Origin: an uncultured Candidatus Saccharibacteria bacterium
Lineage (GTDB): Bacteria > Patescibacteriota > Minisyncoccia > Phycocordibacterales > PALSA-1337
DNA: 63,083 nt
Reading direction: 5' to 3'
Assembly: GCA_964600255.1 (NCBI GenBank)
Contig: CAZRIX010000006.1
Span: 1-63,083 of the forward strand
Part shown: positions 51,652-61,989 of the stretch, piece after piece
Numbering within the stretch: position 1 is the stretch's first letter
Layout of the letters: each line of letters starts with the position of its first letter
The notes under the pieces: model-generated
Seen by the model: only the letters and a program-made list of their open reading frames with translations
The model's database searches: none
Told to the model about the DNA's origin: nothing
Program-made: the position numbers and the translations under genes

Positions 51652-53875
51652 GTTCGGTGTCTGAAGAAGCGCCTACTGAATCTGTTGTCTCTGCTGCTCC
51701 ACCTTGTCCTGCAACTCCATAAACTTCGCGAGCCTTTGAACCATTTGCAGGCCCTACGATACCTTTTTCCTCTAGCAAGTCTATAAGCTTTGCAGCTCTT
51801 GAATATCCAATGCCAAGTTTGCGCTGAAGCCATGAAGTACTAGCTTTACCACTTTCAATTACTATATCCCGAGCTTGTCCAAGTAATTCATCCTCGTCTC
51901 CTAGATCTGCATCATCTGAATCAAAACTTGCTTCAAAAATAGAATCCTTACCAGCTTCAGGTTGGTTTGTCAGGTTGATTTCTCCCATAACTTCATCTTT
52001 ATACGTATCAGCAAGATATTGAACAACTCTTTTTACTTCAGCTTCTGTGATGTAAGCTGACTGAAGTCTTTGTGGTTTTGACATTTCTCCACCAAGGTAA
52101 AGCATGTCTCCGGCACCTAGAAGTTTCTCTGCACCTCCAGTATCTAGAATAGTTCTTGAGTCTATTTGAGATGCTACCTGTAGAGCAATACGTGATGGAA
52201 CGTTAGCTTTGATAAGACCGGTAATAACATTCACACTTGGACGCTGAGTTGAAAGAATAAGGTGAATACCGACAGCACGACTCATCTGAGCTAGACGGAC
52301 AATAGCAGATTCAAGTTCACGTGGATATGTCTGCATAATATCTGCCAACTCGTCTAGAACTATAACTATGTATGGCATGCTCTCTGGCATTTTCTCATCC
52401 TTGTTCTTTTTCTGTCTTTCAACTGCTGGTGACAATACTGTCTTGTGGTATGAATCAATGTCACGGACGGTGCATTTTTCAAGGGTATCGTATCTTCGAC
52501 TCATCTCTTTTGCTGCCCATTTCAAAGCCAATATCGCTTTCTTGGCATCGGTAATAACTGGTGTTAGTAGGTGAGGGATCTTGTTGTACAGAGTAAGTTC
52601 TACTCGCTTTGGGTCGATCATGATGAACTTTAGGTTCTCTGGAGAGTTACGGAAAAGAAGAGAGGCGATAATTGCGTGGATAGTAACAGATTTACCAGAA
52701 CCAGTAGCTCCGGCGATAAGCATGTGAGGTGCTTTTGCCAGGTTACTAAATGAAGATTTACCAGAAATACCTTTTCCAAGTGAAATCAAAAGAGGTTTTT
52801 CAGATTCCTGATATTCTTCAGATGCCAAAAGGGTAGCAAGACCAACGGTAGTCTTGGTTGTGTTTGGAATCTCGATACCCACAAGAGACTTACCTGGTAT
52901 TGGGGCTTCTATACGTATAGGGTGAGCTGCAAGAGCCAAAGCTAGGTCATTGTTTAGACCAACAATCTTTGAGAGCTTCACTCCTTCTGCTGGCTTCAAT
53001 GAATAACGTGTAACAGATGGCCCGATAGAGATCTCGTCCATTTCTACGTCGATACCGAAGTTGGCCAAGGTTCTTTTGATTATGTTTGCATTTGCCTTTA
53101 TGTCACCAGTTTCTGGTTTACCCTTATCTTTTTCCAAAAGTGAAAGTGGTGGTGGAACAAAAGGTACCAAACTATATGCAGAGACAAGCTTTATATCTCC
53201 AACCTCATCTTTATTTATCCTGTCGCCTTTGCCCTTATTTTGATTCTGCTCAGCTATGCGCAATTGCTCCTTTTGAAGCTTATTCTCCACATCATGTACA
53301 GCTTTATCTATATTCTCCTCAGACTGACCGCTATCTTCAGCATCTTCACCCTCACCAATCTCAACCTCAATGTGTTTGAACCAATTCCAAAACTTCAAAC
53401 TCTCTAACGTAAAGTGAATATCAAAGGTAACCATTATCGAAATAATTGTTACTGCTGCTAGTATAAAAAAAGTACCGAACCCTCCAATAACCTGGACAAT
53501 AGGATAGGTAATCCAGCGACCCACAGCACCACCCTCATCAGCCAGTTGCATCAAGATTCCTAGACCTGAAATAAAGAATAAGAATACACCAATGAATTTT
53601 GATTTTTTAAACTCAGCTTGAATACCCTTTAGAAATGCAGCACCAATCATTACGAAAGAAATAGGTATCAAATAGTACCCCAACCCAAACCACTTCTTTA
53701 AGAAGTTAAAAACGTGTGCACCTAGTGGATCCACGAGATGAAACGGAGCTAACATAAACAGTAAGGCAAATAGAAAGAAGATAATCGCAAACACTGCTTG
53801 CATCGTCTCCTTACCAACCTCCTCTACATCTTTCTGACCACGCACGTCACCTTTAATTTGCTTTTTACTTGCCAT
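51644..53875 (-). CDS. ftsK: DNA translocase FtsK/SpoIIIE
   Basis: N-terminal TM helices, LIAGATGSGKSV Walker A, IVIVLDELADIM Walker B and a C-terminal gamma-domain-like winged helix. Confidence 0.9.
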   Translation of the reverse strand: MASKKQIKGDVRGQKDVEEVGKETMQAVFAIIFFLFALLFMLAPFHLVDPLGAHVFNFLKKWFGLGYYLIPISFVMIGAAFLKGIQAEFKKSKFIGVFLFFISGLGILMQLADEGGAVGRWITYPIVQVIGGFGTFFILAAVTIISIMVTFDIHFTLESLKFWNWFKHIEVEIGEGEDAEDSGQSEENIDKAVHDVENKLQKEQLRIAEQNQNKGKGDRINKDEVGDIKLVSAYSLVPFVPPPLSLLEKDKGKPETGDIKANANIIKRTLANFGIDVEMDEISIGPSVTRYSLKPAEGVKLSKIVGLNNDLALALAAHPIRIEAPIPGKSLVGIEIPNTTKTTVGLATLLASEEYQESEKPLLISLGKGISGKSSFSNLAKAPHMLIAGATGSGKSVTIHAIIASLLFRNSPENLKFIMIDPKRVELTLYNKIPHLLTPVITDAKKAILALKWAAKEMSRRYDTLEKCTVRDIDSYHKTVLSPAVERQKKNKDEKMPESMPYIVIVLDELADIMQTYPRELESAIVRLAQMSRAVGIHLILSTQRPSVNVITGLIKANVPSRIALQVASQIDSRTILDTGGAEKLLGAGDMLYLGGEMSKPQRLQSAYITEAEVKRVVQYLADTYKDEVMGEINLTNQPEAGKDSIFEASFDSDDADLGDEDELLGQARDIVIESGKASTSWLQRKLGIGYSRAAKLIDLLEEKGIVGPANGSKAREVYGVAGQGGAAETTDSVGASSDTEHV

Positions 53876-54064
53876 ATATTTTTAAGAAATTAATACATTA
53901 ATCATATCACACTATTACTTATAAAATATATGTGTCATAACGACGAAATTGCCTTTACAATTAGCCATTGTCCTTTATATAATGGACATAAGAATTTTAT
54001 TTAAAAGACAGGTAAAAGACTTGTAAATTTTATATAAAAGACGTATAAAAGACGTAAAAAATAA

Positions 54065-54763
54065 ATGGAGAAGTATATAATTCAAAAAACTCAGAAAATC
54101 GTTTCAGCTCTTTATCTTATTACAGATTTGATAAAGGACAGTGATGCGATAAAGTGGGAGATCCGCGAAGAAGGAATCTCACTTGTTTCTAGTGCACTAA
54201 TGATTGATACTTTACATCCGATAGATAAAGAACATTCGCGTGACTTGTATGTATTATCTGCAAATAAAATCATTTCATACATAAACATTGGTCTAGTTTC
54301 TTCTCTGATCTCATCTATGAATGCAGGAATAGTGATAAGAGAGATCGACTCGGTCTTAAGTTTTGTTAAGAAGAATGACAAGGACATACACCCACCTGGC
54401 TACATACTATCAGACAGTTTCTTTGCCTCAGATTTCTCTGCCACTGATTCAAAAGGACAGACTTTGGCGGTGAATGCTGACAATGTCCCTGATAGTGCGT
54501 CTTCAGCTGTGTCTGAAAAAAGTACTTATTCTAAGGACTATACTTCGGCAAAACTTAAGCAGAGTGATAGAAAGGAGATCATAATTAATATTCTTAAAAA
54601 GGACTCAAACCTGACCATAAAGGACTTTACTAGTGTCATAAAGGACTGTAGTGAAAAGACAATACAGAGGGAACTTGCTTCGCTTGTAGAACAAGGACGA
54701 GTATTGAAGGCTGGTGAGCGTCGATGGAGTACATATTCTTTGCCTGATTTTGACAATAAGTAG
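54065..54763 (+). CDS. putative transcriptional regulator with C-terminal DeoR-type winged-helix HTH
   Basis: RKEIIINILKKDSNLTIKDFTSVIKDCSEKTIQRELASLVEQGRV. Confidence 0.55.
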   Translation: MEKYIIQKTQKIVSALYLITDLIKDSDAIKWEIREEGISLVSSALMIDTLHPIDKEHSRDLYVLSANKIISYINIGLVSSLISSMNAGIVIREIDSVLSFVKKNDKDIHPPGYILSDSFFASDFSATDSKGQTLAVNADNVPDSASSAVSEKSTYSKDYTSAKLKQSDRKEIIINILKKDSNLTIKDFTSVIKDCSEKTIQRELASLVEQGRVLKAGERRWSTYSLPDFDNK

Positions 54764-55234
54764 GTTCAGAATACATACAGAATCTCGCTGTCTGAGTTGC
54801 CTATATTAATCACTTTTTTCTAGTAATTTCAGTATACTTTAGGGTAGTCCCCTTCGCTTGCTATTTTCGGCTGTTTTTATTGACTTTTGACCCTATTTGG
54901 TATAGTATACCTGTATGGGTCCTGGTCCTATTTTAGGGCTAGTTATCCACATATAGTTTGCAGTATTATTGGTATACGATATATAATAGTACGCAACGGT
55001 CTTTGACAATATAAATATGTGCATAAATTCCCGAATTTCTTTTTCAGTTACGGTTAGTTAATGGTAGAAATTCAGACTCGAGTCCTTATAGCCTAATCTC
55101 TCTATCTACGTCGATATGTAGGTGGAGGGAAATGGTGAAAGTTTATTAGTAAGTTTATCAGAGTTCGTATAAATATTTTTTTCTCAAATTTATTATTAAC
55201 CGAGAAGAAAATATTTAAAATTATAAATATTATT

Positions 55235-56989
55235 ATGAAAATATCTTTAAAGATAGCAGTCATTGCATTAGCATTGGCAGCTACAGTTTCAACAGCATCA
55301 GCTGCATTCAATACTAACCTAACAGTTGGTAGTACAGGTGCAGATGTTTCTGCTCTACAGACATGGTTGATCAGTAAGGGATTCAGTATTCCTTCAATTA
55401 GTTCAGGTGCAGCTTCAACAGGTTACTTTGGATCACAAACAAAGGCAGCAGTTGTTGCTTACCAGAAGAGTATCAACCTTCCTTCAACAGGATTCGTTGG
55501 ACCTCTTACACGCGCAGCTCTTAATGGAACATCAGCAACAGTAGTTACACCAGTAGGAACAGTAGTTCCAGCAGTTGTAAACGCTTCAGTTAATGATGGA
55601 AAGGATGGATCAGTTACAATCTCATCATCTTCATATGTTTCTTCAAACCAAACATTGAAGAAGGGAGACTTGGACAAGCCAATCCTATCAGTAAAGGCTA
55701 GAGCAACAGCAGGAAACGTTGCAATAACTCGTTTCGATGTTACTTTCAACTCACGTCCTTGGCTATTGTTCGGAAGTCTAACATTGAAGAATGCTGAAAC
55801 AGGAGCAGTTCTTGCTACAAAGACTCTTTCAGGACCAGCAGATGTTACAGAAGTTACTGTAGGATCTAGTTACCTAGTAAGATTCGATGGAGTAAACTCA
55901 GTTGTTACACCTTCAGCAGATGTAACATATGTAGTTACAGCAAATGTTCTATCAGCTAGTGATAAGATCACAGGCCAGACAGTTACTGTTTCAACAGATA
56001 CAAACTCTCTTAGAACAACAAATGGTCTAGGATACACTGACTCAGTTGGATTTCCAACTTCATTCAACGTCACTCTATCTTCAACAGGATCAATTGCTGA
56101 TCTATACACAAGAGTAGGTATCAATACACCTGATACAAGAACAGTAAACATTTCAACAACAAATGTTACTGAGTCACAGATTCTAGGAGTATTCGACGTT
56201 AAGGTTCAGAACCAGGGTGGAACAATCAATACACTTACATTCAACATCAACAATAGTAAGGCTTTCTCAGCTTCATCATTGTTCCAGAATGTAAGACTAT
56301 ACGATGGAAGTACACTTCTAGGAGGAGCTTCAACATTGTCAGCTACACAAGCATCATTCACAAACCTTACAATTCCTCTAACTATGGACACATGGAAGAG
56401 TTTGACATTGAAGGCTGATGTTGTTGCTTCATCAACTGCATACTCAGCATCATCAACAATTGTTGCTTCAAGTGTAGTTGGTACAGATTCAGGTTACAAC
56501 ACAATTACCCTAACAAATGCTGCAAATAGAACATCAAACGATGTTACATTTGTTCCAAATGCAGGTATCACAGTTTCAAACTGGGCTATCTCAAAGGGTA
56601 ATGTTACAACACCTACATCAGGTACATGGTTAGCAGCATACCCAACAGTATCATTCACAATTACAAACACAGGTAATAATCCTATCTACATCAGTAAGAA
56701 TGCTAACGTTGCTCTTGCTACAACTACTTCATCAGGAGTAGCAGCATCAACAACTGTTTCATCAGTTACTGCTTCAGGATCAACAAGTGGAGATACTTCA
56801 ACTTCATACATTGTCAACGGTACAAGAACATTTACTTACAACTTCACAGTTGATAACACAAATGGTACAACTGCTTCAAAGAAGATCAGTATTACACAGA
56901 TCAACTACGGAACAGCTGGAGGTCTTGGTACAGACAACACATTGAACGTAAACTACGGTCTAGAGAACGCATACGTACAAGTACCATAA
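55235..56989 (+). CDS. secreted S/T/V/N-rich surface protein with N-terminal peptidoglycan-binding (PG_binding_1-like) domain
   Basis: Signal peptide MKISLKIAVIALALAATVSTASA. GSTGADVSALQTWLISKGF...GYFGSQTKAAVVAYQ. The rest is a low-charge, beta-rich region. Confidence 0.65.
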   Translation: MKISLKIAVIALALAATVSTASAAFNTNLTVGSTGADVSALQTWLISKGFSIPSISSGAASTGYFGSQTKAAVVAYQKSINLPSTGFVGPLTRAALNGTSATVVTPVGTVVPAVVNASVNDGKDGSVTISSSSYVSSNQTLKKGDLDKPILSVKARATAGNVAITRFDVTFNSRPWLLFGSLTLKNAETGAVLATKTLSGPADVTEVTVGSSYLVRFDGVNSVVTPSADVTYVVTANVLSASDKITGQTVTVSTDTNSLRTTNGLGYTDSVGFPTSFNVTLSSTGSIADLYTRVGINTPDTRTVNISTTNVTESQILGVFDVKVQNQGGTINTLTFNINNSKAFSASSLFQNVRLYDGSTLLGGASTLSATQASFTNLTIPLTMDTWKSLTLKADVVASSTAYSASSTIVASSVVGTDSGYNTITLTNAANRTSNDVTFVPNAGITVSNWAISKGNVTTPTSGTWLAAYPTVSFTITNTGNNPIYISKNANVALATTTSSGVAASTTVSSVTASGSTSGDTSTSYIVNGTRTFTYNFTVDNTNGTTASKKISITQINYGTAGGLGTDNTLNVNYGLENAYVQVP

Positions 56990-57037
56990 CCTTAATTGGT
57001 TAGGTATACTCCTCACATCGGGTTAAGATGATGTACA

Positions 57038-57066
57038 AAAAGCCACCTTAACGGGTGGTTTTTTGT
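57038..57066 (+). terminator. intrinsic terminator
   Basis: CCACC-TTAACG-GGTGG followed by TTTTTTG. Confidence 0.7.
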
Positions 57067-57108
57067 TTTGATTAGATTTGCTATAATATCATTGAAATAT
57101 TTTGATGT

Positions 57109-57264
57109 ATGACAAATCCATTTGATAAAACATTCTTCAAACTTCTCCTTGGTTTTAGTTTTATATTACTTGCTAGTTTTGCCCTTATGTTTTTTGTTGG
57201 AAAATATAGTTCAATCACGAACGCAGAAGAAAGAGCACTCTCTATTTACATAACAAATAAATAG
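57109..57264 (+). CDS. small single-TM protein (51 aa, below the ORF-track cutoff)
   Basis: My translation is MTNPFDKTFFKLLLGFSFILLASFALMFFVGKYSSITNAEERALSIYITNK. Confidence 0.35.
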   Translation: MTNPFDKTFFKLLLGFSFILLASFALMFFVGKYSSITNAEERALSIYITNK

Positions 57265-57362
57265 TGTTTGAGTAGTAGAATTAATCTTTTTATTAGTTAG
57301 ATTTTAAAGAGATTTAATAACTTTTTTGTAGACTAAACATATTATTAATTAATATAAATAAT

Positions 57363-60164
57363 ATGTTTAAAGAAAAAATAAAATCATTTCTATTCGTCTA
57401 TTCGGTTTTTCTACTAGCTCCTTCGGTTATATTGGCAAGTACACATGTATATCCTGAAGATATACAAGAGAATTGGACTTGGGATAAAGCCGGCAGTCCA
57501 TATATATTAGAAGATTCGATATATATACCTAGTGGATACAAGCTCAATATTGAGAAGGGTGTTGAGGTGCATTCTGCGACAAACACTAGCTCAGAGCCAT
57601 TTAATATGAGTTTGAATGGAGACTTGAGTATAAGAGGCACAAAAGACGATCCAGTAAAGATATCAAATGTATATTCGCTTAACTTAGAGCACAACAATTC
57701 ACATATAGAATTCCTAGAGTTAGATGGACTAGGTCTCGATATTTCAAAAGGTACATCTACAATGGAGTTTGTGACTATAAGAAATAGCTTTACTGCTATA
57801 ACAGCAAAGGGAAGTAATATTGATATATCAAGTAGTACCTTGGAAAATAACTCATATGGGATAATGTCGAATTTCCAAAAGACTATGTTCTTGGCAAGTC
57901 TGCCGAGTTTTATGCCACATATAAAAAGGCACAATTCTGTAGAAAATATATTGAGTGGTGTATTCAGCATTCCTACGGACACTGATCAGAACATAATCAG
58001 AATCAATAACTCTAGAATAGTAAACAACAGTATCAATGGAATAATCAACCAAACAGACAACTCAATAGATGCCAGAAACAACTGGTGGGGCAAAAGTATC
58101 GGACCCAATGCGGTCGATATTGTGGGAGATGTGTACGCTGATCCATGGCTCAAGAGTGATCCAAACATTGCTGTAGAGACTAAATGTTGTTCAAACGTTA
58201 TCTTTATCCCAGGACTCGAGGCTAGTAGGTTGTACAAAGACCAGAGAGGTCTAATGGGGTTAGGTACTAGTACAAATACACTATGGGAGCCAAATAGAAA
58301 TGCAGATGTAGAGAAGTTGTATCTAGACTCTGACGGTAGAAGTATCGATAAAACTATATATACAAAAGATGTATTAGATAAAATTCCTGGTATTAAAAAG
58401 ATATACCAGTCATTCATAGAGACTATGGATGCTCTAGTGAAAGATGGAAGTATCAATGAATGGCTACCAATACCATATGATTGGAGAATGGATGTGAATA
58501 GTGTCGTAGACAGTACTTTTGTTAATAGGATTATAGCTTCAGCTCAAACATCCAAGACTGGTAAGGTGATAATTGTGGCACATAGTAATGGTGGTCTCGT
58601 CACTAAACAGTTGATGAAAAAGTTGGAGGCTGCTGGTAAGTCAAATATTGTAGAAAAGATAATAAACATCGCGGTACCAGAACTCGGTACACCACAGGCT
58701 ATACTCGCAATGTTGAACGGTTACGATCAGGGAATAATGTTAGGCGCTATCTTGAGTGAGAACAATGCAAGAACATTGTCACAGAATATGCCAGGAGCGT
58801 ATGGACTACTACCAAATGAAAGCTACTTCAAAAAGAATACAGATAGTGTTATATCAGACTCGTATTCTTCTAATATTGGTAATGGCTCTATGGTTAAACA
58901 GTACATAAATAGAATCACTAGTTTTGATGGACTAAAGGAATTTGTATTAAATGGACCGTTCTCGAAACTATCAACAAGTAATACTAAAGTGCCACTGAAG
59001 TTGAATAAAGAGTTATTTTCTAATGCAAATACTATACATCGAGATATTGATAATTGGATGCCGGCTAGTTCAACTAGAGTGATAACGATACTTGGGTCTG
59101 GCTTGAAAACGCCATCAGGTATTCATTATAAAAAGGATCCTCATTGTGATCCCTCAAACAAAAAATGTGACGTAGAGTATTCTGCGGAGTTTAAATTAAA
59201 TGGTGATGGGACAGTGCTGACCAAAAGCAAATCTGAAAATAGTAGCAAAACCCTATTCTTTGACTTGAAGAAACATATGGAAGATCTGAAAACAAATATC
59301 AGTCACGCAAATATTCTAGAGTCAGCTGCGATACTTGGTAAAATATCAAACACTGTAAAGAATATAGATTCTAATGAGAAGGATTACGATAAGTATTTTT
59401 CAGAGACGGAGCCGGTGTATGATGACAAATACTTAACTGTAACTGTATATTCGCCTGTAAATGTGCACGTATATGATGAGAACGGACTGCATTCAGGACC
59501 AACCAGAGAAACGCCTTTAGAGGAAGGTCAAGTTTTGCCTAGGGAGAACAATATTCCAGACGTAACATATGCTACGTTTGGAGATAATACACAAGTCATT
59601 GTTCCATATGGAAATGGTTCAAAGTATAGAATCGTAATGAACGGAAATGATTCGGGTGTGTTTATCGTCGAATCAAATATCTCTGTCGGAGACACGGTTA
59701 TAGCAACAACGACATTCTCTGAGTTACCAGTTTTTAAGGAAACAAACATGGAGTTTATCGTTAGTGATACGCCAGAATCCTTTGCTACCGGTACCATACT
59801 TAATATCGATGTGGACGGTGATGATAATATTGATGTTGTTGGGCACACAGACAGATACCTAAACTCTACAAGTACTGAGCTAATAAAAGATCCTGCCACA
59901 TTTGCTGAGATATTGTATAAGGCCAAAGCATCACTTAAGGTGAATAAGAAAGTTGAGCGTGAAATGGATAATAAGCTTGAGCGCGTGAAAAAGAATCTAG
60001 ATAAACACGGTAAGAATAAAATACATAGAGTAAATAAGAAACTAGTCGGGAAATGGTTTAAGAAACGAAAATTGCTAGATAGAGAGGAAGTGCGTAAGGC
60101 TAATGAAATTCAAACTCAAATCGATAGATTATTGGAAACTATAGAACGCGATGGTCGAAATTGA
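57363..60164 (+). CDS. large secreted protein: right-handed beta-helix repeats plus alpha/beta-hydrolase (lipase/LCAT/PGAP1-like) domain plus K-rich coiled-coil tail
   Basis: Signal/TM FLFVYSVFLLAPSVILAS. Beta-helix-type NSRIVNNSINGIINQTDNSIDARNNWWG. Nucleophile elbow VIIVAHSNGGLV (GxSxG-like). Confidence 0.6.
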   Translation: MFKEKIKSFLFVYSVFLLAPSVILASTHVYPEDIQENWTWDKAGSPYILEDSIYIPSGYKLNIEKGVEVHSATNTSSEPFNMSLNGDLSIRGTKDDPVKISNVYSLNLEHNNSHIEFLELDGLGLDISKGTSTMEFVTIRNSFTAITAKGSNIDISSSTLENNSYGIMSNFQKTMFLASLPSFMPHIKRHNSVENILSGVFSIPTDTDQNIIRINNSRIVNNSINGIINQTDNSIDARNNWWGKSIGPNAVDIVGDVYADPWLKSDPNIAVETKCCSNVIFIPGLEASRLYKDQRGLMGLGTSTNTLWEPNRNADVEKLYLDSDGRSIDKTIYTKDVLDKIPGIKKIYQSFIETMDALVKDGSINEWLPIPYDWRMDVNSVVDSTFVNRIIASAQTSKTGKVIIVAHSNGGLVTKQLMKKLEAAGKSNIVEKIINIAVPELGTPQAILAMLNGYDQGIMLGAILSENNARTLSQNMPGAYGLLPNESYFKKNTDSVISDSYSSNIGNGSMVKQYINRITSFDGLKEFVLNGPFSKLSTSNTKVPLKLNKELFSNANTIHRDIDNWMPASSTRVITILGSGLKTPSGIHYKKDPHCDPSNKKCDVEYSAEFKLNGDGTVLTKSKSENSSKTLFFDLKKHMEDLKTNISHANILESAAILGKISNTVKNIDSNEKDYDKYFSETEPVYDDKYLTVTVYSPVNVHVYDENGLHSGPTRETPLEEGQVLPRENNIPDVTYATFGDNTQVIVPYGNGSKYRIVMNGNDSGVFIVESNISVGDTVIATTTFSELPVFKETNMEFIVSDTPESFATGTILNIDVDGDDNIDVVGHTDRYLNSTSTELIKDPATFAEILYKAKASLKVNKKVEREMDNKLERVKKNLDKHGKNKIHRVNKKLVGKWFKKRKLLDREEVRKANEIQTQIDRLLETIERDGRN

Positions 60165-60179
60165 CTCTAACAAAGAAAT

Positions 60180-60314
60180 CTGTTAATGTATTGTCACTAA
60201 GGTCAGAGACAGAAGGCAAGCTTAAAAGCAGGGATTTATCCCAATAAGACCTTCCGAGGCACTCTAAAACCTTAAAAGGTCGCACATTAATAGTTCATTT
60301 AATTAGTTTCCAAA
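60180..60314 (+). promoter_or_regulatory. structured leader upstream of rplJ (possible L10-leader-type autoregulatory element)
   Basis: AAGGTC...GACCTT stem enclosing a GGGAT-TT-ATCCC hairpin, in the position where L10 leaders occur. Not verified against a model. Confidence 0.3.
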
Positions 60315-60806
60315 ATGGCAAGAACAAAAGTAGAGAAAAAGGAGATCTTGGAAAAACTAGAAGGTATTGTGAAGGACGCTAAGTCAATGGTCTTCGTAAA
60401 CTTTCATGGTTTGAATGTAGGTGATACTACACAAGTTCGTCGAAAGCTTAAGAACGAAAAGGTTGGATTCTTTGTTTCAAAGAAATCTCTTACACGTAAA
60501 GTGCTAGAGGCAAACAAGATTCAGGGAACTCTACCTTCACTAGACGGAGAGGTAGGTTTGGCATACGGAGCTGACCTAATAGCACCAGCAAGAGAGGTAT
60601 ATGAATTCCAGAAGAAATATAAGGGTCATGTAACAATCTTAGGAGGTGTTTTTGAAGGAAAGTTTATGTCAAAAGAAGAGATGATGGGTATTGCCTTGAT
60701 TCCTTCTCAAGATACTCTTCGCGCAATGTTCGTCAATGTTATCAATTCACCTATTGCAGGTCTAGCGGTAGCACTTGATCAGATTGCAAAGAAAAAGACA
60801 GCGTAA
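60315..60806 (+). CDS. rplJ: 50S ribosomal protein L10
   Basis: KKEILEKLEGIVKDAKSMVFVNFHGLNVGDTTQVRRKLK. Confidence 0.9.
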   Translation: MARTKVEKKEILEKLEGIVKDAKSMVFVNFHGLNVGDTTQVRRKLKNEKVGFFVSKKSLTRKVLEANKIQGTLPSLDGEVGLAYGADLIAPAREVYEFQKKYKGHVTILGGVFEGKFMSKEEMMGIALIPSQDTLRAMFVNVINSPIAGLAVALDQIAKKKTA

Positions 60807-60869
60807 TAAAAGTTACGGAGGTCTATAGAAAAAGTAAATTAACAATTATCATTTAATAAAATTAATAAT

Positions 60870-61250
60870 ATGGAAGCAGTAGAAATCCCAGCAAAGTTTA
60901 AGTCAATTGTTGAATCAATTGAAACAATGTCAGTTTTGGATCTTAATGAATTAGTAAAACTTCTTGAAAAGAAATTTGGAGTTTCAGCAGCAGCAGTTGC
61001 TTCAGCAGCTCCAGTTGCAGCTGCAGCTACAGAAGAGAAGAGTACAGTAGCTCTACACCTAGCATCAGCTGGTGATCAGAAGATCGCAGTTATCAAGGTT
61101 GTTAAGGAAGCTCTAGCTCTAGGTCTAAAGGAAGCTAAGGACATGGTAGACGGAGCTCCAATCCTAGTCAAGGATGGAATGAAGAAGGAAGACGCAGATG
61201 CTCTAAAGAAGAAGATTGAGGAAGCAGGAGGTAAGGTAGAATATAAATAA
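60870..61250 (+). CDS. rplL: 50S ribosomal protein L7/L12
   Basis: Ala-rich hinge, then [44 protein letters not shown]. Confidence 0.9.
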   Translation: MEAVEIPAKFKSIVESIETMSVLDLNELVKLLEKKFGVSAAAVASAAPVAAAATEEKSTVALHLASAGDQKIAVIKVVKEALALGLKEAKDMVDGAPILVKDGMKKEDADALKKKIEEAGGKVEYK

Positions 61251-61265
61251 ATATTTTAACAAAAA

Positions 61266-61297
61266 GTCGCCATATCTATGATATTAGGCGATTTTTT
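61266..61297 (+). terminator. intrinsic terminator after rplL
   Basis: GTCGCC...GGCGAT hairpin followed by TTTTTT. Confidence 0.65.
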
Positions 61298-61313
61298 GCT
61301 ATCATATAAAATT

Positions 61314-61949
61314 ATGGAAATATTAGCCAAACTTTTTGGAAGCGAAGCAAGGGTTCGAATGATTCGATTATTCCTGTTTAATATGGACAGTGTTTTTACG
61401 GCGTACGACGTAGCTGAGAAGACTAAGTCAAATAGTAAGGTAGTTAAGAAAGAGTTACTATCCTTGTTGAGTATTGGGATAATAAAAAAGAAGGTGTTTA
61501 CTCGTGATGTAAGTGTAAAGAAGGGTAAAAAGGTACTGACAAAGAAGGTTCAGGAGAATGGCTATGTCTTGGATCAAAAATTCCCATACCTACATTCATT
61601 GAAGAATCTTCTGATTATGGTTAGCCTCCATGCAAACGATAGTCTGGTTAAGAGATTTTCTAGTGTGGGCAGAGTAAAGTTCTTTGTTGCGTCTGGTGTA
61701 TTTATTCAAGAATGGGATACTCGCGTAGATTTACTGATTGTAGGGGACGACTTGAATCTAGCTAAACTTGATTTGGTTATAAAGTCTATAGAGGCTGAGA
61801 TTGGTAAAGAGCTTAGATACTCAGTATTTGAAACCGAGGACTTTGAATACAGATATGGAATGCATGACAGATTGATAAGAGATATCATGGACTCACCTCG
61901 TACAACTCTTGTGGATAAGCTTGGAATCGATAGTGATAAGATGGTATAA
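61314..61949 (+). CDS. hypothetical protein with N-terminal winged-helix-like region
   Basis: MEILAKLFGSEARVRMIRLFLFN... The upstream ATG 61278 lies inside the rplL terminator loop. Confidence 0.5.
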   Translation: MEILAKLFGSEARVRMIRLFLFNMDSVFTAYDVAEKTKSNSKVVKKELLSLLSIGIIKKKVFTRDVSVKKGKKVLTKKVQENGYVLDQKFPYLHSLKNLLIMVSLHANDSLVKRFSSVGRVKFFVASGVFIQEWDTRVDLLIVGDDLNLAKLDLVIKSIEAEIGKELRYSVFETEDFEYRYGMHDRLIRDIMDSPRTTLVDKLGIDSDKMV

Positions 61950-61989
61950 TAAATGCATTAGTAATATTAATAACTTAATCAATTTAATT

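Noticed and set aside
55040-55100. tRNA-like fragment (CGGTTAGTTAATGGTAGAA...) in the long spacer before the surface-protein gene.
   Set aside because: I could not fold an acceptor stem, anticodon arm or T-arm. Only a D-loop-like word and a GACTCGAGTC palindrome are present.
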